Positions 43,401 to 52,086 of a stretch of DNA of 64,000 bases are shown piece after piece. The position numbers and the translations under genes were made by a program. How positions within the stretch are numbered: position 1 is the stretch's first letter; the number at the start of each line of letters is the position of its first letter. Under the pieces are notes generated by a model. That model worked only from the letters and a program-made list of their open reading frames with translations. It did not search any database and had not been told where the DNA came from. Source of the stretch: Kiritimatiellia bacterium (lineage in GTDB: Bacteria > Verrucomicrobiota > Kiritimatiellia > RFP12 > JBMNHG01). The stretch covers positions 62,001-126,000 of the forward strand of contig JBMNHG010000003.1 of assembly GCA_050950285.1 (NCBI GenBank). Direction: 5' to 3'.

Positions 43401-43998
43401 GGTCACCGTCGAGGCCGTGCCCGACGACGGCTACGCCTTCGACGGCTGGGTCGGCACCGCCGTGACGAACCCCGCTCCCGGCCTTTCCGTCGGCGAGGCG
43501 CCGATCGTCCTGACCGCGCGCTTCCGCCCGCTTGGCGCGCCGGCCCACCAGCCGACCGGCTACGAGCGGTGGCAGCGCGACAACTACACGGAACAACAGG
43601 TTCTGGGCACCGGCGAGGCCGCCGCAGGCGCGCCGTCGGGCTGCGCCGGCATGAGCAACCTCGCGCTGTACGCCTTCGGCATGAACCGCTTCGACGGCCT
43701 GTCCGACGAGGAGCGGATCGCCCGCGCCCGCCTCTCCATCCACGCGCGGGGCAATGCGCTCTGGCTGGGCTACACCCGCCTCAACGACAGCTTCGACGAT
43801 GTGCGCTACACCCTCAAGGTCGCCTCTTCGCTCGCCGCACCCGTAACCTGGAGCGACGCCGCCACCGGCCCCGATCTCGATCCCGTGGCGCTGACCAACA
43901 TCCTGGACGCCTCGGCCTGGTCCTGCGAAGTGCGCCTGCCGCAGGCCGCGCCGGAACGGGCCCAGCGCTTCTTCAGGCTGGAAGCGGAGCTGCAGTGA
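40426..43998 (+). CDS. Secreted CotH-family kinase with lamin-tail and Fn3-associated/chitobiase-like domains
   Basis: LVINEV..DWIELYN (LTD); IYYTLDGSDP; WERP, LRGGSSR, LRNSGND, YINGEYWGIHNLRE, NTDWP, RWRWMLYDLD (CotH); C-terminal RFFRL. Confidence 0.88.
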   Translation: MKTPTTDTRRHTRLPGLIAFMLAMCMSARGALVINEVCYKNSTVPDETGNTSRDWIELYNPGPEAVNVLGYGVYDKKTFDASQGAQLPDYILPAGGFLVVFADSDKHTAWTNNTLDIAAIPANTAWRYSAPDSAPPAEWKERTFDDTAWASGIAPLGYNDATLDMDCATALPYGADPADRHPTAYFRKTFDIFKPSAVTGLVVRARINDGMVLYLNGEEQTRVNMPDGTVSYDTLATTSVPPTLWTNFLLSASDLVAGDNVLAVEVHQAAADSVDLILDMTVTALVNERVPIVHGSFGLKKEGEDVYLFEPGQTGTYIQKFEKPAAEPGENKSYGFVVDGDKGGARQVYDRPTPGFSNATTPPQGYEVTLDKPTFSVAPGFYAANQSVVLSAASGSTIYYTLDGSDPWDSDTSVSSGTSIPIDAVAPATSGLAWIRTNPAEIGSRVPGADWRAPIGSVSKAVVLRAIAVSSDGTQCSPEARGTYFIGPSFAGRTLPAVAIITDTNNLFGFTSGIYVPGKCYADSPEGYGPEQFGKPNANYHQDNDDQAWERPVQVELFETAQDTAAFAHNTGMALRGGSSRSLPQKTLYLICRNSTYGTDTIHYPLFPGESGTRYKRFLLRNSGNDWYGHDGTNQVVSGGVGTMLKDAVFHRIVRNLDTSVMAYRPVTAYINGEYWGIHNLRESFDKHYLATRYGLDPDNMDILAHKADDTDPTKVKIKRDDGDKNSDEEYEELIAWIGSHPLSQAGNYERVQTAAVFTNASGIVITGIDVANHADYIIAETFFANTDWPIKNCDFWRAHADESDTCGAFGDTRWRWMLYDLDASGEKGADFNMFAYLSADDMTGTNEPGFLINQLWSNPDFRDYFVNRYATLLNTTFRPERMAAIIADAADEIAPEIERHFRRWGRDFTQAQWRAAVTNVLIDFTATRHAVSWQHLSDHFNLGGTGTLTVNNHDAAGAGGRFIVNGIDITNGTEGVATRASWSGTFFRGLPVTVEAVPDDGYAFDGWVGTAVTNPAPGLSVGEAPIVLTARFRPLGAPAHQPTGYERWQRDNYTEQQVLGTGEAAAGAPSGCAGMSNLALYAFGMNRFDGLSDEERIARARLSIHARGNALWLGYTRLNDSFDDVRYTLKVASSLAAPVTWSDAATGPDLDPVALTNILDASAWSCEVRLPQAAPERAQRFFRLEAELQ

Positions 43999-44226
43999 GG
44001 GGGTAGCCGGCCCGGCTCATCCCCGGGGCCGGCGCTTCGTCCCCGATCTGCCGCCCGTGCCCGCACAACGCCCGCGCCTGGATGCAGTCCTTACTGCTCC
44101 ACGCGGGCGTTGCCGTTTTTCCGGAAGCCGCGCGGAAGGTGGACCGGTTTGGGCTTCATCCCGGGGATTTTTTGGGGTATAGTGCAGGCGTCTGTGTAAC
44201 CTGTGTGACCAAAAGGTGGTGAACAC

Positions 44227-44931
44227 GTGATGCCGACGAAAGGGACAGGGCGTTTTTGCCTTTGGACGTCCGCGGTGTTGGGCCTTGCGCTGTGCGGGGT
44301 CTGCCGGGGGGCGTTTACGATGCCGTTGGGCGGGAGTGTCGCGCGGCTGCTGGAGGCGTTGGGGGGCGTTTGCGGCTATTCCGCGAAGTGCGAGGCGAAT
44401 GGCGTGGAGGTCGCGCTTTCCGCGAGGGGGATCGAGGGGCGTTCCCCGCGCGCCGTGGCGGCGGAATGCGCTGCGGCGCTGGGCCTCCCCGGGGATGCCG
44501 TGCCGCTGGGCGGGGGGCTTCTTGCGCCCGTGGGCACGGATGGGGAGGATCGTCTCCTGCTGGTTCCGGACGGGAAGGGCGGTTGCGTGGCGTGGACGGT
44601 CGAGGGCGTGAAACGCGGCGTGCCGCGAAATCCCCCGCCGGAACGCGGCGTGCCGTTTTCCCCGCTGGCGGCGCCGGTGTTCCATGCGGCGAACCGGACG
44701 TCCGGGGCCACGCTGGCCGTGGGCGAGTCGGCCGAGCCGCCGGATTCGCTCCGGGCGAGCCAGGGTGCGCGGCTGGTGGCGGAGGGATGGGAGGCGCTGG
44801 ATCCCGGCGGCGACTCCGGGCTGGACCTGTACGTGCGGGGCGGGCGCCTGTGCCTGGTTTGGGCGGGCGCCGCGCCGGAAGGCAGGAAATCGCGGCTGGC
44901 GGTCTTTTGCCGTGGCATGGAGGCCCCGTAG
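44227..44931 (+). CDS. Hypothetical exported protein leading the Tad-like cluster
   Basis: N-terminal hydrophobic segment, stop 24 nt before cpaB; no recognised domain. Confidence 0.55.
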   Translation: MMPTKGTGRFCLWTSAVLGLALCGVCRGAFTMPLGGSVARLLEALGGVCGYSAKCEANGVEVALSARGIEGRSPRAVAAECAAALGLPGDAVPLGGGLLAPVGTDGEDRLLLVPDGKGGCVAWTVEGVKRGVPRNPPPERGVPFSPLAAPVFHAANRTSGATLAVGESAEPPDSLRASQGARLVAEGWEALDPGGDSGLDLYVRGGRLCLVWAGAAPEGRKSRLAVFCRGMEAP

Positions 44932-44955
44932 CCTGTATACTCTCCTCCAAGCATC

Positions 44956-45786
44956 ATGAAACAGAAAATCCTTCTCGTTCTATCCGTTGCCGCCGGCCTG
45001 CTTGCGATGTTCCTTACGCAGCAGTATTTGGCCGCGAACAACCGCAAGGTCGAAAGGCGCCTGGCGGAGATCGACCGGCGCTACGCCAAGATCGGCGTGC
45101 TTGCGGCGGGCCGCGATTTGCCGGCGGGGTCGATCCTGCAACGCTCCGACCTCAAGGTGCTCGACGTGGTGGCCAGCGGGGTGCGGGGGCATGCCGTTCC
45201 GGAGCAGGACGTGCAGCTCGTGATCGGCCGGAAGACGATCGCCCCGCTGCAGACGGCGTCCCCGATCTACTGGTCCGACCTCGAGGGCGGCGACCCCGCG
45301 CGACGCGGATTGGCCGGGGACATCACCCACCGCATGCGCGCGCTTTCCATCAACGTCTCCGGTGCCGCCGCCGTGAGCGGCATGGTGCGCCCGAACAACC
45401 GCGTGGACGTCATCGGGACCTTCACCTTCCCCTCCCGGACTGCGCCCGGCGAGATGGAGCTGGTGACGATGACGATCCTGCAGGACGTGACGGTGCTGGC
45501 GTGCGGGCGCGAAACCGCGAAGTCCCAGGTGGGTTCCGCCCGTTCCGGCGAGTCTGCTGCGGGCGGGTCCTACGGCACGGTGACGCTCGAAGTGACGCCT
45601 CGCGAGGCCGAGATGCTCGTTTTCGCCGAACAGATCAAGGGGCGTCTCGCGCTGGCCTTGCGCAATCCGGACGATGTCGATTACGAGAAAGAGCTTCCCC
45701 GCGTGAACTACGAGAAGATCGAGGAAGAGATCGAGCGACTGAACGAGCATCGCCAACGCGTTCTCCGCAACAAGCGCGACCGGTAG
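44956..45786 (+). CDS. cpaB: Flp pilus assembly protein CpaB/RcpC
   Basis: N-terminal TM, SAF domain (AGRDLPAG), MRALSI..VSGMVRPNNRVDV, ILQDVTVLA, VTLEVTP..LALRNP. Confidence 0.93.
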   Translation: MKQKILLVLSVAAGLLAMFLTQQYLAANNRKVERRLAEIDRRYAKIGVLAAGRDLPAGSILQRSDLKVLDVVASGVRGHAVPEQDVQLVIGRKTIAPLQTASPIYWSDLEGGDPARRGLAGDITHRMRALSINVSGAAAVSGMVRPNNRVDVIGTFTFPSRTAPGEMELVTMTILQDVTVLACGRETAKSQVGSARSGESAAGGSYGTVTLEVTPREAEMLVFAEQIKGRLALALRNPDDVDYEKELPRVNYEKIEEEIERLNEHRQRVLRNKRDR

Positions 45787-45832
45787 GCCAAACGGCCGCC
45801 GGGCTCCTTGGCCCCCGGTTCGAAAACGACCC

Positions 45833-47536
45833 ATGACCATCCTCCTCCAGATTCGCGACGCCTCCGGCGAAGTGTCCACGCGGGAGTTGCCGCCCGGCAA
45901 CTACTTCGTGGGGCGGGGCCCCTCCTGCACCCTTCGCCTGTCGGACCCGCTGGTGAGCGAGCGTCATCTGCTGGTGGCGGTGCAACCCTCCGGCGTTGCC
46001 GTGGAGGACATGGGGTCCAGCAACGGCACCTTCGTGAACGACGTCCCCGCGCCGCGGCGGGTGCCGGTTCGTCCGGGCGACCGGATCCGCCTGGGCTCGC
46101 ACACGCTGTCCTTCGTGGAGAAAACGGAGGGGTCGCAAGCGCCCGGGCCACCGCCCGCCGGGCGCGAAGCCCCCGCCCCGCCCGCGCCTTCGCCCGTTCC
46201 GGCGCCGCCCTCCGCGGCCGCCCCTCCGCCCGCCGCCTCCGCGGTCGCCACCTCCGTTTCCCGTGATCTCCGGAGCCAGATCCACCAGGAGCTGGTGCAG
46301 CGCCTGGACATCAAGCGTCTCACCACGGAGCGCGTGAGCGGCGAGGAGTTGCAGCGGCGCGCCCGGGAGACGATCGACGCGATCGTGGCGGACGTGCGGA
46401 AGAAGCTGCCTGCGGGCATCGATCCGGCAAAACTGGCGCAAGACGTCTTCAACGAGGCCTTGCGGCTGGGTCCGCTGGAGGATTTGCTGGCGGACGATTC
46501 GGTCACCGAAATCATGGTGAACGGGCCCCACCAGGTGTTCGTCGAGCGCCGCGGCCGCATCGAGCGCGTGGAGCAGGACTTCCTCGACGACGCGTCCGTG
46601 CTGGCCATCATCGAGCGGATCGTCGCGCCGCTCGGGCGGCGCATCGACGAGAGCCAGCCGTACGTGGACGCCCGCCTTCCGGACGGCTCCCGCGTGAACG
46701 CCATCATCGCGCCGCTTTCGCTCGTGGGGCCGTGCCTCACGATCCGGAAATTTTCGAAGACGCCGCTGCGCGATGCCGACCTGATCCGTTTCGGCACGCT
46801 CACCCCGCAGATGGCGGAGTTCCTCAGCGCATGCGTGAGGATGCGGAAGAACATCGTCGTCTCCGGCGGGACCGGCTCGGGCAAGACCACGCTGCTGAAC
46901 GTGCTGTCGTGCTACATCCCCGGGGACGAACGCATCGTGACCATCGAGGACGCCGCGGAGTTGCGGCTGGTGCAGCCGCACCTCGTGCGTCTCGAGGCGC
47001 GCCCCCCGAACATCGAGGGCCGCGGCGCCATCACCATCCGCGACCTCGTGCGCAACGCCCTGCGCATGCGCCCGGACCGCATCATCGTTGGCGAATGCCG
47101 CGGCGGCGAGGCGCTCGACATGCTGCAGGCCATGAACACGGGCCACGACGGCTCGCTCACGACGGTGCACGCCAACACCCCGCGCGACGTGGTGTCGCGC
47201 CTCGAGACGATGGTGATGATGGCCGGCATGGACCTCCCCTCCCGCGCCATCCGCGAGCAGATTGCCTCGGCCATCGACATCATCGTGCACGAGGCGCGCT
47301 ACTCCGACGGCGGGCGGCGCATCGCGCAGGTCAGCGAAGTGGTGGGGCTCGAAGGCACGCAGGTCGTGATGCAGGACATCTTCGCCTTCCAGCAGACCGG
47401 CCTGGACGCCGCCGGGAAGGTCGCGGGCTCCTTCCGCGCCACCGGTTCCGTTCCGACCTTCTTCCAGGACCTGGCGCCGCGCGGCATCCACCTCGACCCC
47501 GCCATCTTCCAGCCTTCCGGAGGAGGTGCGTCGTGA
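45833..47536 (+). CDS. cpaF: FHA-domain-fused Tad ATPase (CpaF/TadA)
   Basis: FHA motifs GR, SERH, SSNGT; Pro/Ala linker; [46 protein letters not shown]. Confidence 0.94.
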   Translation: MTILLQIRDASGEVSTRELPPGNYFVGRGPSCTLRLSDPLVSERHLLVAVQPSGVAVEDMGSSNGTFVNDVPAPRRVPVRPGDRIRLGSHTLSFVEKTEGSQAPGPPPAGREAPAPPAPSPVPAPPSAAAPPPAASAVATSVSRDLRSQIHQELVQRLDIKRLTTERVSGEELQRRARETIDAIVADVRKKLPAGIDPAKLAQDVFNEALRLGPLEDLLADDSVTEIMVNGPHQVFVERRGRIERVEQDFLDDASVLAIIERIVAPLGRRIDESQPYVDARLPDGSRVNAIIAPLSLVGPCLTIRKFSKTPLRDADLIRFGTLTPQMAEFLSACVRMRKNIVVSGGTGSGKTTLLNVLSCYIPGDERIVTIEDAAELRLVQPHLVRLEARPPNIEGRGAITIRDLVRNALRMRPDRIIVGECRGGEALDMLQAMNTGHDGSLTTVHANTPRDVVSRLETMVMMAGMDLPSRAIREQIASAIDIIVHEARYSDGGRRIAQVSEVVGLEGTQVVMQDIFAFQQTGLDAAGKVAGSFRATGSVPTFFQDLAPRGIHLDPAIFQPSGGGAS

Positions 47537-48426
47537 GCGCCGGGCTGGCCATGCGCCTGTTGACCGGGCTGGCCGCCGGGGTTTCCGCCGGCGGCCTCAC
47601 GGCGATCGTCGCGCACGCGCTGCGCGAAGGCGCCGCCGCCTACAACAGCGCCCATTCGAGCGAGACCTCCCGCCAGTTCGAAGACCTCTTCCTCTTCGTG
47701 CCGCCACGCCGCATCGCCGAGGCCGGATGGGCCTGCGCGGCGGCGGCCTTCCTGCTGGTGTCGATTCCCTTCTTCAGCGCCGCCTCGATACGCCAGACCC
47801 TCGTGGGCGTCGCTCTTGGCGCGGTGGCGGCCGCGCTCGCCCTGCAGGGCCCCCGCAAGCTGCTCGCGATCCTCCGCGTGCGCCGCCGCCGCCGCTTCAA
47901 CGACCAGCTGGTCGAGGCCCTCTCCCAGATGAGCAACGCGCTCAAGGCCGGCTTCAGCATCACCCAGTCCTTCGAGGCCATCGTGGCCAACGGCGAGAAC
48001 CCCATCTCGCAGGAATTCGACGCCATGCTCCGGCAGATGCGCGTGGGCGTGAGCTTCGCCGAAGCCCTCCAGAACCTCTCCCGGCGCGTCGGCAGCGAGG
48101 ATCTCGACCTCGTCTGCACCGCCATCGACATCGCGCGCCGCACCGGCGGCAACCTCACGGAGATCTTCGACACCATCGCCGCCACCATCCGCGAACGCAT
48201 CCGCATCGAGCAGCGCATCCAGACGCTCACCGCCCAGGGGCGCCTCCAGGGCTTGATCGTCGGCGCGATGCCGGCGGTGGTGCTCGCCGCCATGGTGCTG
48301 CTCCGCCCCGGCACCACGCTCCCCTTCCTCCGCTCCTTCCAGGGAATGGCCTGCATCGCAGGCGTCCTCATCCTCATGAGCCTCGGCGCGTTCCTCATCC
48401 GGAAGATCATCCGCATCGACGTGTAA
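47533..48426 (+). CDS. tadB: TadB-like inner-membrane platform protein (T2SSF)
   Basis: FNDQLVEAL..ALKAGFS, TGGNLTEI, TAQGRLQ, KIIRIDV; GTGA overlap with cpaF. Confidence 0.9.
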   Translation: MSAGLAMRLLTGLAAGVSAGGLTAIVAHALREGAAAYNSAHSSETSRQFEDLFLFVPPRRIAEAGWACAAAAFLLVSIPFFSAASIRQTLVGVALGAVAAALALQGPRKLLAILRVRRRRRFNDQLVEALSQMSNALKAGFSITQSFEAIVANGENPISQEFDAMLRQMRVGVSFAEALQNLSRRVGSEDLDLVCTAIDIARRTGGNLTEIFDTIAATIRERIRIEQRIQTLTAQGRLQGLIVGAMPAVVLAAMVLLRPGTTLPFLRSFQGMACIAGVLILMSLGAFLIRKIIRIDV

Positions 48427-48447
48427 CCCCCCTGCCAACCACCGCCC

Positions 48448-49359
48448 ATGACCCTTCTCCTGTCCATCACGGCCACGCTTGCGTGGGGATTTGCGATCGC
48501 CGGCCTCGTCTGGTGCTGCGGCAGCCTCGCCCGGCAGATCACCTACGTGACGCTCGCGGACGGCCGCCGGGCGGAGCGAAAGCTCCCGCTCTCGTTCCGG
48601 CTGCTCCTCCCGTTCGCCCCGAACGCGACGCCGCTCGTCTCCGGCCCCGCCTTCGCCCGCGCACGGCAGGAGACCGACTCCCGGCTCGCCTCGGCCGGGT
48701 TCGACGGCCTGCTCTCCTCGACCGAATTCCTCGCCCTCCGCATCCTCCATCCCGTGGTGCTCGGACTGGGCTGGACGCTCCTCATGCTGTTCTTCTCGAG
48801 GGTGGACGACACCCTGCGCGACTACGCCGGGCTCCTCTCCCTCGCCGGCATCCTGCTCTTCGCCCTCCACCCCATCCTCTGGCTCCGCTCCGCCGTCCGC
48901 GCCCGCCACCACTCCATCCGGCGCGCGCTCCCCTTCCTGCTCGACCTGCTCACCCTCTCCGTCGAGGCCGGCATGGACTTCATGAGCGCGCTCCAGCGCA
49001 GCGTCGACTCGCGCCCCCTCGACCCCCTCGGCGAGGAGGTCATCCGCATGAGCCACGAAATCCAGCTTGGCACGTCGCGCCGCGACGCCCTCCGCGCGAT
49101 GGGCGCCCGCATGAACCTGCCCGAACTCCGCTCCGTGACCCAGGCCCTCGTCCAGGCCGACGAACTCGGCGTGAGCATCGGCTCGACCCTCCGCATCCAG
49201 GCCGACCAAATGCGCCAGAGGCGCTTCGCCACCGCCGAGAAACTGGCCAACGAGGCCCCCGTGAAACTCCTCGGCCCCCTCATGCTGTGCATCTTCCCCG
49301 CCGTCTTCATCGTCCTGCTCGGCCCGATCCTCAGCCAGGTCATGGGCAATCTCCTCTGA
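48448..49359 (+). CDS. tadC: TadC-like inner-membrane platform protein
   Basis: LPFLLDLLTLSVEAG, QADELG, AEKLA..APVKLLGPL..IFPAVFIVLLGP. Confidence 0.92.
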   Translation: MTLLLSITATLAWGFAIAGLVWCCGSLARQITYVTLADGRRAERKLPLSFRLLLPFAPNATPLVSGPAFARARQETDSRLASAGFDGLLSSTEFLALRILHPVVLGLGWTLLMLFFSRVDDTLRDYAGLLSLAGILLFALHPILWLRSAVRARHHSIRRALPFLLDLLTLSVEAGMDFMSALQRSVDSRPLDPLGEEVIRMSHEIQLGTSRRDALRAMGARMNLPELRSVTQALVQADELGVSIGSTLRIQADQMRQRRFATAEKLANEAPVKLLGPLMLCIFPAVFIVLLGPILSQVMGNLL

Positions 49360-49369
49360 GGCCCGCACC

Positions 49370-50704
49370 ATGCCAGACTCCCAACCCACCCGCTTCCACC
49401 TGCTCGTCGCCAAGGGGCCCCACGTCGGCCGGCGCATCGCCGTGCCGCCGGGCGGAGCCTCGCTCGGACGCTCCAGCGCCAACGACATCCCCATCGACGA
49501 TCCCGCCCTCTCGCGGCGCCACTGCCGTTTCGAGTTCCACGAGGACGGTTCGCTCTGGGTGCTCGACTTCGGCAGCGCCAACCAGACCCTCGTGAACGAC
49601 CGCCCCGTCACCGAGACATGCCTGATGCCCGGCGACCGCGTCCTCGTCGGCGACACCCTCCTCCAGGTGGTCGAGGCGGAGCCCGCCGGCGCGCCCGCCG
49701 ATACGCCCGCCGATGCCGGCGGCGACACGCCCCGCCCCCACTCCATCGACCTCGGGTTCGGGAAGGCGGAAGGCCCTGCGGATTCGAAGCGCCTCTCCCT
49801 GCGCCCCGTGGTCTGGACCATCGCGGCCGCGGCCGTGCTCCTGCTGGGATGGGCCTTCTTCTTCCGGGACGACCCCGGCGAGGCCGCCGGCCGCGCCCGC
49901 CCCGCGCCCGCCCCGCGCAACCCCCGCTTCGTCTCGCTCCGATACGAGAAGGTCGAGGCCTCCACCAACAACATCTTCCGCTACGAGATGACCCTCTCCC
50001 CGGACTTCACGCTCGCCGTGAAGATCGACGACCTCGCCGAAAACCGCCACGTGCGCGAGGAGAAGGTCGTCGCCTCGAACCTCGTCTACGCCCTCGCCCG
50101 CGAACTCGAGTCCAGCGGCTTCTTCCAGCTCGACGAACTCTACGCCGGCATCCCCCGCGACGGGATGTGGAACACCTGGGACCTCCAGGTGGTGGTGGAC
50201 CGCCGCGCCCGCCGCTGCAGCGTGCGGAACCGCGTCGAGCCCCGGCTCTTCCAGGACATCCGCGAGCGCCTCGAGACCTTCGGCAAGAACGAACTCGGCA
50301 TCTGGGCCATCCAGTTCTCGCGCGAACGGCTCGTCGAACTGGCGGACGACGCCTTCCGCCTCGCCCGCAAGAAGCAGGACGAACGCGACGTGGCCTACGA
50401 GAACCTCGCCACCGCCATCCGCGCCTACAGGGAGGCGGAGTTCTACCTCGACACCGTCGAACCCAAGCCGGAGTTCTACCCCGAAATCGTCGCCGGCCTG
50501 CGCGAGTCCATCGAGGAACTGGACCGCCGCCACGCCGAGCAGCGCTTCCTCGCCGACCGCGCCATCAACCTTTCGAACTGGAAGGAAGCCGCCGCCGAAC
50601 TCCGCGTGCTGCTCGCCATGATCCCCGACCGCGAGGACGAACGCCACCGCGAAGCGGAGCGCAAGCTCCTCGACGTCGAAAACCGCTTGAGATGGAGGAA
50701 GTGA
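49370..50704 (+). CDS. FHA-domain bitopic membrane protein with TPR-like helical C-terminus
   Basis: N-terminal FHA (LGRS, SRRH, SANQT), single TM (VVWTIAAAAVLLLGWAFF), helical tail. Confidence 0.85.
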   Translation: MPDSQPTRFHLLVAKGPHVGRRIAVPPGGASLGRSSANDIPIDDPALSRRHCRFEFHEDGSLWVLDFGSANQTLVNDRPVTETCLMPGDRVLVGDTLLQVVEAEPAGAPADTPADAGGDTPRPHSIDLGFGKAEGPADSKRLSLRPVVWTIAAAAVLLLGWAFFFRDDPGEAAGRARPAPAPRNPRFVSLRYEKVEASTNNIFRYEMTLSPDFTLAVKIDDLAENRHVREEKVVASNLVYALARELESSGFFQLDELYAGIPRDGMWNTWDLQVVVDRRARRCSVRNRVEPRLFQDIRERLETFGKNELGIWAIQFSRERLVELADDAFRLARKKQDERDVAYENLATAIRAYREAEFYLDTVEPKPEFYPEIVAGLRESIEELDRRHAEQRFLADRAINLSNWKEAAAELRVLLAMIPDREDERHREAERKLLDVENRLRWRK

Positions 50705-50705
50705 C

Positions 50706-52043
50706 ATGAACCGCCGCCTGCTCCTCTTCGCGTCGGCCGTGCTGGCCGCCGCATTCCCGCCCGGGGGCGAAGCCGCGGGGGAAGCGTCCGCCACGGCCGT
50801 CCTCCACGTCTCCTCGGAACCCGCCGACGCGCAGGTGCATGTGAACCACCAGCTCCGAGGGACCACCCCGCTGACGATCGAAGGGCTGGCCGCCGACACA
50901 TGCCTCGTGACCATCCGGAAGCCCGGCTTCGAGGACGTCCATCGCACGGTCTCGCTCCTTGCGGGGGTCCGCCACCCCGTCCAGGTGGAGCTCGAGCCGC
51001 TGCGCGGCCTCCTCCTCGTGACAAGCGCGCCCGCCGGCGCGGAGGTCTCGATCGACGGCGCCGACTACGGCACCACCCCGCTGCTGGTCCCGTCGCTGCG
51101 CCTCGGGACCTACCGCGTGCGCCTCTCCGCCCCCGGATTCCAGGCGAAGGAGGCGGAGGTCGAATTGACCGACCGCACCCCGCGCCAGGTGTCGCTCGAC
51201 CTGGCGTCCGACTCCGGAACCCTGCACGTCTCGAGCGAACCCGGCGGCGCCCGCGTGATGCTGGACGGCATCCCGCGCGGGACCGCCCCGTGCGCGATCG
51301 ACCGCATCCCGGGCGGCGACCACGAACTCGAAGTGGGCCTCGATGGCTACGTGGCGCAGAGGCAGACCATCCGCCTCGCCGCAGGCGAAACGCAGTCCAT
51401 GCGGATCTCGCTCGCCCCGCAGCCCGCCGCGCTGCAAATCGTCTCCATCCCCGACGGCGCCCGCGTGTACGTGGACAACCAGTTCCAGGGCGAGACCCCG
51501 CACTCGCTGCTCGACCTCAAGCCCGGCGAGTACCGCGTGCGTGTCGAAATGGCCGGGCACGATCCGCAGGCCCGCAACATCGCCCTCTCCCGCGGGGAGC
51601 GCAGGGTGGAGGAGTTCCGCCTTTCCGCGAACACGGGGCGCCTTGAAATCACCACCGAACCGGCGGACGTGACGGTGCTGGTGGATGGACGGAAGGCGGG
51701 CGTGACCTCCGCCAAGCCGGACGAGACCACGAGCGTCTCGTCGCCCTTCCCGGTGGAGGCGGTCCCGGCGGGCGAGCACGAGCTGCGCTTCGTGCGAAAG
51801 GGCTACTTCGAGAAGACGGAGAAGGCCGTCCTCCAGCGCGGCGTCACCACCACCCTCCACGTGACCCTCCAGCGCCGCTTCATCCCCGATTACGAAGTCA
51901 CCACCGCCAACGGCGTCTACCGCGGCGTCCTCGTCGCCGAAGGCGTGGATGGCCTCCGCCTCGAGACGCGCCCCGGCGTCGAGCACTCGTTCGCCTACAA
52001 GGACATCGTCTCGCGGAAGGTCCTGCGCGAAGAAGAGGAGTAG
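50706..52043 (+). CDS. Exported PEGA-repeat protein (about 5 PEGA domains)
   Basis: Signal peptide; repeated VSSEP.GA.V.vDG...G.TP..G.Y/H....GY/F units. Confidence 0.9.
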   Translation: MNRRLLLFASAVLAAAFPPGGEAAGEASATAVLHVSSEPADAQVHVNHQLRGTTPLTIEGLAADTCLVTIRKPGFEDVHRTVSLLAGVRHPVQVELEPLRGLLLVTSAPAGAEVSIDGADYGTTPLLVPSLRLGTYRVRLSAPGFQAKEAEVELTDRTPRQVSLDLASDSGTLHVSSEPGGARVMLDGIPRGTAPCAIDRIPGGDHELEVGLDGYVAQRQTIRLAAGETQSMRISLAPQPAALQIVSIPDGARVYVDNQFQGETPHSLLDLKPGEYRVRVEMAGHDPQARNIALSRGERRVEEFRLSANTGRLEITTEPADVTVLVDGRKAGVTSAKPDETTSVSSPFPVEAVPAGEHELRFVRKGYFEKTEKAVLQRGVTTTLHVTLQRRFIPDYEVTTANGVYRGVLVAEGVDGLRLETRPGVEHSFAYKDIVSRKVLREEEE

Positions 52044-52086
52044 GGCGGCGCGCCGCTTTTTTCGCGGCATGCCGCGAAGGCTTCCG

